Positions 46,168 through 54,469 of a stretch of DNA of 64,000 nt are shown here, in pieces; position 1 is the stretch's first letter; each line of letters begins with the position of its first letter. The notes under the pieces are model-generated. The model searched no databases and was not told the origin of the DNA. It worked only from the letters and a program-made list of their open reading frames with translations. The stretch is taken from NCBI GenBank assembly GCA_027036135.1, contig JALVSY010000007.1, forward strand, positions 868,880 to 932,879. The letters run 5' to 3'. This DNA comes from Pyrodictiaceae archaeon (GTDB taxonomy: Archaea; Thermoproteota; Thermoprotei_A; Sulfolobales; Pyrodictiaceae). The translations under genes and the position numbers were made by a program.

Positions 46168-48135
46168 CTAGAAGACGTTGAGCAACATTATTGTCGCCAG
46201 CGTGGAGAGCACGGCAGCCAAGGGCCACAACGTGTCCCTCACCGTCAGGCTTATCGCCTTGGCGGCGAGGAAGCCCATCACCGCGGCAGCTATGAGCGCT
46301 AGCCAGGCTATGAACCCGGCGACGTTGCCGGAGAGCGTGAGCGGCAACGACTCGAGCACCTGCGTCGTCGAGCCCATGATTCGCTGCAGCCCAGCAGCCA
46401 TCACCGCCACTATCGGGGGGAACCCGATGGCGAGGAAGCCCAGCAGCCTAAGCCTCATACTAGCAGCCCTGTGTGCACTGACGTGCGCGTATACGAGGTC
46501 ATAGAGCCGCTCGAGTGCCAGAGGGTCGCTGGCCCCCTGCGAGCCAACGATGTTGACTACCGTGTACAGGGTGTACTTTGCTAGCCAGGAGCGTGCCCTA
46601 ATACCGCCTGACCTGGCCGCCGCCCTCGCAGCAGCTGCCAGGGGCTCCTCTACGCTGCCAACGGCGTGCTCCAGTAGCTGGGATACAGGCTTATCGGACA
46701 TGCTCCTCGTGTACTCTATCACCATTCTTAGTAGTGGCAGTAGCTCCCGCTCCTCTTTGCTCACTAGGCGCTTCTGTGCTCTGAAGGCCACGCCGTAGAC
46801 GCCTAGCCCGGCTGCAGCCGAGAACCCAGCGGACATTATCGCTGGTAGCCCGAGGACCGTGCATAGGAGGGCGGCTGCGCTTGCAGCCACCACGGCGGCT
46901 ATGACTGCCTCGGCGTCCCTGTATTTCTCCCTGAGCCGGGGCTGGCTACCAGCGAGTAAGGAGTAGCCTAGGGGCGCAGCCAGGATTATTGCTAGGGCTG
47001 CTAACCCAGCGCCCCTACCGCCGAGGAATGCCGAGAACATGACAAATATCAGGGTGGTCGCCAATAAGCCCATCAAGCCAGTGCCGAGGGCTACTCCGTT
47101 CTCCGCGTACGCGGCTATCCTGGCCCTTAGCTCGTCGGTCTCAGCGCGCAAGGTGTCGCTGAGAAAAGCTGCCACGTCGCCGCCGCTATCTCTTATCGCC
47201 AAGTAGTAGGCGTAGAACCTGCGCAGCCTACGGCTAGGATGCTTGTTAGCGAGTTCCTCGGGGCTCTTACCAGCATCAGCACCTATGGCTGGTAATAGTT
47301 TACTCTTACGGGCCTCTTCGAGCGCATCCTCGAGAGAACCTGTACCCGAGCGCTCCATGAGCCAGGCCCACAGGCTGAGATATGGGAGCTCCTCCTCCGC
47401 CGCCCTCGCTCTTTCCCTAGCTTTTGCCTCGAGGTGTGCTCTTAGGAGTGGCAGGGATAGAGGCGGCAATAGCGCTGATAGTAGTAGCGCCTTGCTCCCA
47501 GCAAGCACCGCCAGGCCAGCCAGCACAGCGGACGCGGCTAGACTACCTAGTAATATTATAGATACTAGTGCTGCGGTCTCGAACCTAGTCCACCTATAGC
47601 CAGCCTTCTCAACCGCCTCGGGGACCCCGAGCCGAGCTGCAACCCTATCCCCGAGGGGTATGGCGCCTAGGACCACGGGTACAACGTATCTTAGTACTCC
47701 TCGGGGCTCTTCGGGTCTCTCTCTGAGCCCCTTCCTAAGCATGTAGAGCATCCACGCGCCGGGGATTATCGGCAGTGCACCTATCAGCGCTAGTACTGGG
47801 TTCCTCTCTAGCTGGAGCGTGGACGAGACAACCCCCAGCACCATCATGGCTATAGAGGCTAGGAGTACTAGTCTCCTAGAGGGATAGAGCGCCAAGCGGT
47901 AGAGAAAACCAGTTGCCAGGTCTAGGGCAAATAACGCGAAGAGGAAAACACCTAGGCCGAGCACAGTGGGCGTGACACGGACCTCAGGCTCCGCTAGGCC
48001 CAGCAGCGTTCTCCACGGAACCATCCCGAGGATTATTAGGAGCGTTGACGCTATCGCCACCGCTAACTGGTAGCCCGTTATTATCCTCCTTGCCTTCTGC
48101 GTCTTTGCCTGAGCCGCCTCCATTACCCTCCCCAC
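46168..48135 (-). CDS. Type IV pilus membrane platform (TadC/ArlJ-like)
   Basis: Duplicated TM+cytoplasmic EEELP / ERELL modules; adjacent to the secretion ATPase. Confidence 0.75.
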   Translation of the reverse strand: MGRVMEAAQAKTQKARRIITGYQLAVAIASTLLIILGMVPWRTLLGLAEPEVRVTPTVLGLGVFLFALFALDLATGFLYRLALYPSRRLVLLASIAMMVLGVVSSTLQLERNPVLALIGALPIIPGAWMLYMLRKGLRERPEEPRGVLRYVVPVVLGAIPLGDRVAARLGVPEAVEKAGYRWTRFETAALVSIILLGSLAASAVLAGLAVLAGSKALLLSALLPPLSLPLLRAHLEAKARERARAAEEELPYLSLWAWLMERSGTGSLEDALEEARKSKLLPAIGADAGKSPEELANKHPSRRLRRFYAYYLAIRDSGGDVAAFLSDTLRAETDELRARIAAYAENGVALGTGLMGLLATTLIFVMFSAFLGGRGAGLAALAIILAAPLGYSLLAGSQPRLREKYRDAEAVIAAVVAASAAALLCTVLGLPAIMSAGFSAAAGLGVYGVAFRAQKRLVSKEERELLPLLRMVIEYTRSMSDKPVSQLLEHAVGSVEEPLAAAARAAARSGGIRARSWLAKYTLYTVVNIVGSQGASDPLALERLYDLVYAHVSAHRAASMRLRLLGFLAIGFPPIVAVMAAGLQRIMGSTTQVLESLPLTLSGNVAGFIAWLALIAAAVMGFLAAKAISLTVRDTLWPLAAVLSTLATIMLLNVF

Positions 48136-49609
48136 TATGTCTGCCTGCCTGGGAGAAGGAGACGCGCCGAGGCTCGGCCACCTTTACGAGTTCGTCTCTC
48201 TCGGGGTCGTAGCGGTAGAGGAGGCGTTCGCCACCGCTCGGCAGAACCTCATAGATGGCCACGACCCTGCGAACGGTTCTCTCGCCCAGCCTTACCTTGT
48301 CGAGGACAACAACAGACCAGAGAAGTACCAGCATATCCTCCCTTACGCCTAGCTTCAATAGTCTCAGCTTCAGCTCCTCCCAGTCCCGGGCATGGAACGT
48401 AGCAGCGCTAGCCTCCCCGAGCGCTGCTACCTCGAAGAGGTCCAGTATCTCTGGTCCACGGGCCTCCGTTATCGCTGTGAATTGTCCCCGGAGCCTCAGC
48501 GCGACCCGTATGAGGTCCTGGTACGTTACCTCGGTCTGCCTACTCGCGGCGAGGCTCCTCGCCCTCCTCACTCTCAGGCTTATGAAGCGTGGATGCCTCG
48601 GCCTAAGCTCCGGGACATCCTCTATGGCTACGAGCTTCCAGTCACCGGGGAGCTTCTCCATCAAGGCGTTTAGCAGCGTGGTCTTGCCCGTGCCCTGGGG
48701 GCCTATAATGAACACCATTCCGCGGCTCAGCAGCACTCTCAGCAAGTACTCGGCTGCCTCCCCGCTCAGCATCTTATCCGCTACCAGGTCCTCGAGGCTC
48801 AGCGGCTTCTCTGGGTGCTTCCTAACCGATAGACTCGTGGCACTAGCTATCGTGCCGAGAACCATTGTGACGCGGTGACCGTTCAGCTCCGCCTCGGCGA
48901 TAGGGAATGCTGGAGATATAGCTGTCCCAGCGGCGGAGGCCAAGCGCTGCAGGTATTCCCGGAACTCATACTCGGGGGGCGCAACTATGCTGGTAGGGAT
49001 GTACTCTCTTCCCGGCATCTTCCTGTGAATAATATCTACGGGTCTCCCGGCCACAGCACTTATCTCCTCAACATCCGGGTCGAGTACTAGCGGATAGAGG
49101 AACCCCCAGGGCGAGAGAGACTTCTCCACGTAGTAGCGGAAGGCCTCTGGCTGCCGCTGCATAATCTCCGAGACACCCAGCTTCTCTGCAGCCTCGCCAG
49201 CCTTCTCTGGCGGGAGACCGTGCTTCTCCAAGTACTCTATGACTATGCGGAGCGCCTTCTCGGCGTCAGGGTCTAAGCGGGGCTCTACGACCTCGTACCT
49301 ATCCTCGCCCACTACTATGGTCAGCACGCCGACGCCGTACTCGAGGACCCGGTGCTCGCTAATACTCCCCGCCTGGTCCTTGTCTCCCTCGCCGAACTGT
49401 CCCCCAGACTCTGCAGCTCCAGCACCCTCCCCACCCGCCTCAGGCTCCTCGGAAGCCCCATGGATTCTCTGAGCCTCTTCATCCTCGAGCAGGTCAAGCA
49501 ACAGATCCTCTTCTATCCCACGATGCTCTGTCTCCTCCTCGCCGCTCGGCTCCTTCACCAGCTCCTCGGGTATCTCCTCCCCGTTATCCCCCGCCATGGG
49601 CTCCATCAC
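47984..49609 (-). CDS. Type II/IV secretion ATPase (TadA/ArlI/VirB11 family)
   Basis: DPDVEEI, SVRK, GPQGTGKTT, IEDVPEL, EARGPE, TFHA. Confidence 0.92.
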   Translation of the reverse strand: MMEPMAGDNGEEIPEELVKEPSGEEETEHRGIEEDLLLDLLEDEEAQRIHGASEEPEAGGEGAGAAESGGQFGEGDKDQAGSISEHRVLEYGVGVLTIVVGEDRYEVVEPRLDPDAEKALRIVIEYLEKHGLPPEKAGEAAEKLGVSEIMQRQPEAFRYYVEKSLSPWGFLYPLVLDPDVEEISAVAGRPVDIIHRKMPGREYIPTSIVAPPEYEFREYLQRLASAAGTAISPAFPIAEAELNGHRVTMVLGTIASATSLSVRKHPEKPLSLEDLVADKMLSGEAAEYLLRVLLSRGMVFIIGPQGTGKTTLLNALMEKLPGDWKLVAIEDVPELRPRHPRFISLRVRRARSLAASRQTEVTYQDLIRVALRLRGQFTAITEARGPEILDLFEVAALGEASAATFHARDWEELKLRLLKLGVREDMLVLLWSVVVLDKVRLGERTVRRVVAIYEVLPSGGERLLYRYDPERDELVKVAEPRRVSFSQAGRHSGEGNGGGSGKDAEGKEDNNGLPVSGGDSVNAPNNPRDGSVENAAGPSGA

Positions 49610-49935
49610 TTACACAGCCATGGAGGGGTTACGAGAATATAGGTTCCCTGAGGGACTATGCTAGGGCATGGCTGGAGTGTGTTACTTGTGATGTTCGGCA
49701 CTATCCAGCACTGGAAGCTGCCCACGGTGCGCCAGTACGTCAGGTTCACTGTTATTGGAACGTAGCAGACGACGTGGGTCTCGTTGATTTCTACAACCTT
49801 CACGGGCCGTGGGGGCTCTGGCTTAGGGGTGTGGGCTTGTATCCACTTGTATAGCATTGGCGCTATCGCCACGGCTGCGGCGAGGAGGATTAGGGCTGCG
49901 TATAGCTCGGCTATTGCGCGCATAGGCCTAGGCAT
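49606..49935 (-). CDS. Minor type IV pilin-like protein
   Basis: MRA/IAELYAALILL class III signal peptide. Confidence 0.65.
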   Translation of the reverse strand: MPRPMRAIAELYAALILLAAAVAIAPMLYKWIQAHTPKPEPPRPVKVVEINETHVVCYVPITVNLTYWRTVGSFQCWIVPNITSNTLQPCPSIVPQGTYILVTPPWLCK

Positions 49936-50005
49936 TATCTCTACCCCTCTTCTCCCGGGTTTCCCGGTAAGAGTGGAGGAGCTGGGAGAAGAGGGGCGAG
50001 CAACC

Positions 50006-51256
50006 ATGCGCGGCATAGGTACCTTGTTCGCTGGCTTGGTGGTACTGCTCGCTATTACGGCACTAACCGTGTACATGGTTCACGCGTACCTGGTGGCGCA
50101 GCAATCCCTGCGCGAGCAGCAACTGCTCTACGAGAAAGCAAGATACATAGCCGAGCACGCGAACATAACTGGCAGCACCATCAGCTTGCCGGAGCCAGCC
50201 GACCTAATAATAGTAGACCCCAGCGGTGTACCCCACGTAGCCAAAGACGTGAAAACGCTTACACTACCATGGAGCCCTGCAAACCTGAAAATCTACGTGG
50301 TGAAACGGGGCCGAGTACGGATAGCAGCCGCCGACCCCGTGGCCAGGGCCGCGGCCTTGGCCTCGGTCGCTGCAGCCCCGCTACAACCACTAGGCAGCTC
50401 TGCAGGCAGCATAGCTGGCTGCGAGTGGTACCTAGACCCATTCATCTACAACATAACTAGGAACCCAGCCGAGTATAGGGGCTATACATTGTACAAGGAG
50501 ATGCCGCAGATAGGTTACCTCTTCTACACAAGCCCTAGGTATCTTTGCCAAATGGATCCTATTAGGTATCCTAACTGGGCTATGTGGAAGTATCCTCTTC
50601 ACATCCTAGAGATCTTAGGAATTAATACTACAAGGTTGCTGAGCGACTGTCCCCAAATATATGTTTGGGATATAGCCATTGTGCCATACATAGGTGTCAT
50701 CGTCCGGGGGATACCACCAAGCATGCTGTACAACTATATGGAGCACTATTATGGCGATTTCTACCTAATATTCTACAATGGTACATGGAGAGAGATAGGA
50801 AGCGGTGTATACTGGGATTACACCATCCAAATAGGAAGTACACGTATAACGATAAAGAAGGTATACCTAAACCCGCGGTTCGCACCCATAGGTGACTGGA
50901 AGGTATTCATCAATGTGTCTTCACCCATTATTAGCGTTAACTATTCGAGAACAGAGACCCTTATCCCAGGCCAGAACGAGCTATGGATAAGCGCTAAGCT
51001 AGGTAACGGGCTAATACTAGCTGCCGAGAAGTGGTATGCCTATTACTTCGCAGAAACCTACAAAGGATTCCCAGCAGGGTGGGGAGATTACTGCTCGCAG
51101 CTGGAGCCCTGTGCCAAGGGATTTGGCATATACCGCAAGCTAAGTGCCTATGCAAAAGGAAGTGATTATGAATATCCATTACAAGCTGTTCTACTACTTA
51201 GGCATAGTGCTTACTCGTCATCACCAAGCATAGCATATATCTATAAGCACTGCTAG
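50006..51256 (+). CDS. Large pilin/adhesin-like protein
   Basis: MRG/IGTLFAGLVVLL class III-like signal; Tyr/Trp-rich C-terminal domain. Confidence 0.65.
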   Translation: MRGIGTLFAGLVVLLAITALTVYMVHAYLVAQQSLREQQLLYEKARYIAEHANITGSTISLPEPADLIIVDPSGVPHVAKDVKTLTLPWSPANLKIYVVKRGRVRIAAADPVARAAALASVAAAPLQPLGSSAGSIAGCEWYLDPFIYNITRNPAEYRGYTLYKEMPQIGYLFYTSPRYLCQMDPIRYPNWAMWKYPLHILEILGINTTRLLSDCPQIYVWDIAIVPYIGVIVRGIPPSMLYNYMEHYYGDFYLIFYNGTWREIGSGVYWDYTIQIGSTRITIKKVYLNPRFAPIGDWKVFINVSSPIISVNYSRTETLIPGQNELWISAKLGNGLILAAEKWYAYYFAETYKGFPAGWGDYCSQLEPCAKGFGIYRKLSAYAKGSDYEYPLQAVLLLRHSAYSSSPSIAYIYKHC

Positions 51257-51433
51257 TCTTTTCTTTGAACCAGTCCGCGTCCCCTACTCCTTCTGCCCAG
51301 TTACGCTGCTCACTTCTCCCAGGGTGGGGCCTCGGCCTAGGAAAGTACTGACATTAGTCAAAGAAGTCGCTGACGCCTCGGCCTTCCACGCCCCGTCTCC
51401 CGGTCAGCCTTTTCCTAGACGGAGGGATAGAGT

Positions 51434-51739
51434 GTGGGCGAGTGGGTTCTATGCAGGATATTCTTCCGGGGAGAGAAAACACTAGAGATATGCAATAAGC
51501 TACTAGACGAGCTAGCAGAGAAAGGCTACATACACATCCGTAGAGAAGACCCAGAGAAAAGCATCAAGTACCACGTAGCCAAGAGGCTACGAGAACTAGG
51601 CATACTCATGCACCGAACAATAACCAGTTGCGGTGCAGACAAAATATACCGCATATACGTGGTAGACCGCAAGAGAATGGCTAAGCTAAGACTAGAATTC
51701 GACCAACTAGACCGCCCATGGCCGATATGCATTGAGTGA
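51434..51739 (+). CDS. Small wHTH-like protein upstream of the integrase
   Basis: GGAGG RBS; AKRLRELGIL. Confidence 0.55.
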   Translation: MGEWVLCRIFFRGEKTLEICNKLLDELAEKGYIHIRREDPEKSIKYHVAKRLRELGILMHRTITSCGADKIYRIYVVDRKRMAKLRLEFDQLDRPWPICIE

Positions 51740-51919
51740 CTAGATTATTATAATATTTAGGTATTCTCCACCCAGGTATTTTCCCAACAATCACTACGAA
51801 TAGAGTCTATACAGGGCTATAGACAAGCTTCTCTATACCGATGACTTATATGAGAGAAGGCAATTACCAATAATCATAACACGCACCAAGGGCAACTCAA
51901 CAGCGACAAGGATACCACC

Positions 51920-52795
51920 ATGAGAGCCAAGAGCCAAGCAATAACTATTAGGGAAGTTGACTGGAGAAGTTTCGCTATATACCTCGAGGGGCTTGGGCTC
52001 TCGAGGAAGTGGAGGGAGGATCTGCTAAGGTACGCTAGGCGCTATGGATGGCTCGTGTACGAGGACCATGTTAGGCTCCGTGTGGAGCTGAGGAGATTAA
52101 GCCCCCATATGCGCAACAAGGTGATGAATGCACTATCGCACTTAGCGAGGTTCCTTGAAGAGCACGGCGAGGAGGGGCTCTACGAGGAGCTGAGGAAACG
52201 GTTCCGGAGAGCACGGCTAGCATGGAGCAAGGGGCGGCCCCGGCTACGGGTTCTCGCTAGCCTCGAGGACATGCTAGAGCCTGTAACTCATGCAGCGTCT
52301 ATGCTCAAGCCAAGGCACTATAGGGTGTTCGCGGCGTTCCTCTTAGCCACTGGGCTCCGGCCCGAGGAGGCTGCAAAAGCGTGGCGAAGCTACTGGCGCG
52401 TGAGGATGCGCTACCGGGACATGGTGCTACTGGACCTAGAGGCAGTAGGACTCGACAGAGACACTAAGAGAGCCATAGTAGCCATGGTTCACCCGCTTGC
52501 GGACGCTGAGGTGCCGGAGAAGCCCAGGATAAGCCTAGCATTACTCCGGAGGAAGTGGAACAAGGCCGCAGAAGAAGCTGCCGGGAAGAGAATAGAGCTT
52601 TACACCATGAGACGGCTCCATGCAACACTCTTACTACACGCCGGGGTACCGGAGCACATAGTGGACCTGCTACAAGGCCGCCCAGGCTCCACAATCCTGC
52701 GACAAAACTACATCATGTACACGCTCTACGAGTACTGGCACAGCTACATCAAAGCCCTCCAGAACCCCCTCTCAATAATTCTAGGCAAAGACTAG
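51920..52795 (+). CDS. Tyrosine integrase, pNOB8-type (unsplit)
   Basis: TGLRPEE, TKR, YTMRR, LLQGR, QNY; ends 4 bp before attR. Confidence 0.93.
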   Translation: MRAKSQAITIREVDWRSFAIYLEGLGLSRKWREDLLRYARRYGWLVYEDHVRLRVELRRLSPHMRNKVMNALSHLARFLEEHGEEGLYEELRKRFRRARLAWSKGRPRLRVLASLEDMLEPVTHAASMLKPRHYRVFAAFLLATGLRPEEAAKAWRSYWRVRMRYRDMVLLDLEAVGLDRDTKRAIVAMVHPLADAEVPEKPRISLALLRRKWNKAAEEAAGKRIELYTMRRLHATLLLHAGVPEHIVDLLQGRPGSTILRQNYIMYTLYEYWHSYIKALQNPLSIILGKD

Positions 52796-52799
52796 TCTT

Positions 52800-52851
52800 C
52801 GGGCTGTTAACCCGGTGGTCGGTGGTTCGAATCCACCCGGCGGCGCCACAC
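52800..52851 (+). repeat. attR (3' part of tRNA-Asn)
   Basis: Identical to 17465-17516. Confidence 0.95.
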
Positions 52852-53024
52852 TCACATTCCTGTAAGGAGTTTCTCGGCATAGAGGTTCTCCTTCAAAACC
52901 ACTATGGTACCTAACTATTGTAGTCTCGCTCATCCACTTCGTAGTACTATTTGTTACATGGTTTTTACAAGATAACCGAGAAGTTTTGGCTTCGAGGAAT
53001 ACAAGAATAGAAATGTTATTAACA

Positions 53025-53163
53025 TGGTGGGCCCGGGGGGATTTGAACCCCCGACCGCCGGGTCTCTCCCTCTCATCTAGGGCTCTTCGACAGACCCAGC
53101 GCCTGGACCGGATCCCGCAAGGGGCCTGGAGCCCGGCGCTCTGCCTGGCTGAGCTACGGGCCC
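53025..53163 (-). tRNA. tRNA-Trp (CCA) with 62-nt intron at 37/38 (53064-53125)
   Basis: GGGCCCGTAGCTCAG...CCGGG-CT-CCA-G/intron/A-CCCGG...GGTTCAAATCC...GGGCCCACCA. Confidence 0.95.
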
Positions 53164-53170
53164 ATCCGTT

Positions 53171-53232
53171 TCTCGGGGCCCACCATGTAGCTCATCCCCG
53201 CCTCTCGGCGGGTCAGCCGGGGGTTCAACCAT
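53171..53232 (-). ncRNA. Putative box C/D sRNA immediately upstream of tRNA-Trp
   Basis: D' CTGA, hairpin CCCGCC-GAGA-GGCGGG, C' GGATGA, D CCGA; both guides antisense to tRNA-Trp; C box weak. Confidence 0.6.
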
Positions 53233-53261
53233 GTCTATTTTGTTAGGTGGACTGGCCGGGT

Positions 53262-53786
53262 TTATTCTTTATCCCTATCCCTCAATTCATTGCATAGTTT
53301 GTTTAATGGACAACTAGGTGAAGGACAGCCCATCGTTTGGAGTACTCGTTCAAGCAGTGAGACGGTCTTTAGTGAGAGTGTTAACTTTGTAGCTATCGCT
53401 TTACTCTTCTCTCCTTCTCGTTTATACTTGTATACCTGGCAGAGCTTATCTAATGGAACGGGAATAGCTCTTATGCCTTTACGTGGTCTAATAACTGCAT
53501 ATATTATTGCGCCCCCCATTACTAGCACTATTTTGTTCCGTCTCCTTGCAAAGAATTCTATGCTTCCAACAAGCTGTAATGATTTAGGGGTAGGCCTCAC
53601 TAATAGCGCCGAGTTCTCAGCTCTCTCGTAGTCGATGAGCTTTGCTCTGCGTGCGCTCCATAGGAGCTTTCTTGTCGTAGAAGGGGCTAGGCCTAAGAGC
53701 CTTGCCAATACTCTTGGAGTTACTTGATCCCGTGTAACAACATAGTATATTAATGGTATCAAATGTATAAGCCTAGTGCTTTTCAT
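53262..53786 (-). CDS. HTH-containing hypothetical protein
   Basis: TPRVLARLLGLAPSTTRK and a second HTH SKAIATKLTLSLKTV. Confidence 0.65.
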   Translation of the reverse strand: MKSTRLIHLIPLIYYVVTRDQVTPRVLARLLGLAPSTTRKLLWSARRAKLIDYERAENSALLVRPTPKSLQLVGSIEFFARRRNKIVLVMGGAIIYAVIRPRKGIRAIPVPLDKLCQVYKYKREGEKSKAIATKLTLSLKTVSLLERVLQTMGCPSPSCPLNKLCNELRDRDKE

Positions 53787-53966
53787 ACCTTGTTCAGCCT
53801 TGTCAAAAATACAGGAAATTGCCTAGCCTATTCTTAGCTATGCCGTTCGTGGCCATAGATAAGTAGAAGAGATATAGGCTAAACACAAGCCACTTGAACA
53901 GCAGATAGGATTGAAGATATTTAGTTGAATCAAAAATAAAAAATTATAGAATTATTGTTTGTTTCT

Positions 53967-54155
53967 TTAGCTGCATATTGGGTAGTCGTCTGGTACTTTG
54001 GCTCTGAAGTACTTGCCTGTCTCTGGGCTCTTGAATAGGCCTATCTTTACTCCCTTCCTGCCCCTGGGTGCTAGCTGCCACACCTTTATTGGTACAATCT
54101 CAACCTCCTTACCAGTAGTAGGGTCACGAACCTTAACAGGCTTCTCACACGCCAA
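53967..54155 (-). CDS. cren7: Chromatin protein Cren7
   Basis: GKEV...[28 protein letters not shown]. Confidence 0.95.
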   Translation of the reverse strand: MACEKPVKVRDPTTGKEVEIVPIKVWQLAPRGRKGVKIGLFKSPETGKYFRAKVPDDYPICS

Positions 54156-54469
54156 CCCAAACACACCTCCTATACTCTAGTCTACCCAGTACTCGTGTAG
54201 AGTGTACCCCGTCTACCCATTTATAGGATTTACGTTTTACCGGGTAGAGGGGTTGCGCCTCCCCCTACCCACTGGCTGGGAATACGTTATGTAATACCGG
54301 GGCTAGGGAGAGAGGCTGTGGATTCCGCGCAAAACCAGTAATATCGCTATTAAGCCTAGTTGACCTGAAAAAAAGCATTGCGAACAAATACTGCTGGGTA
54401 TAGTGATTAGTAGAATTCAATGATAGTGATTTTAACCTAGTCTCTCGTTGCTTTGCCGTGGGGTGTTAG

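Noticed and set aside
52800-52851. Second tRNA-Asn gene
   Set aside because: Lacks the 5' acceptor strand and D-arm; it is attR.
52986-53246. 86-aa ORF
   Set aside because: Antisense to tRNA-Trp and the upstream sRNA candidate.
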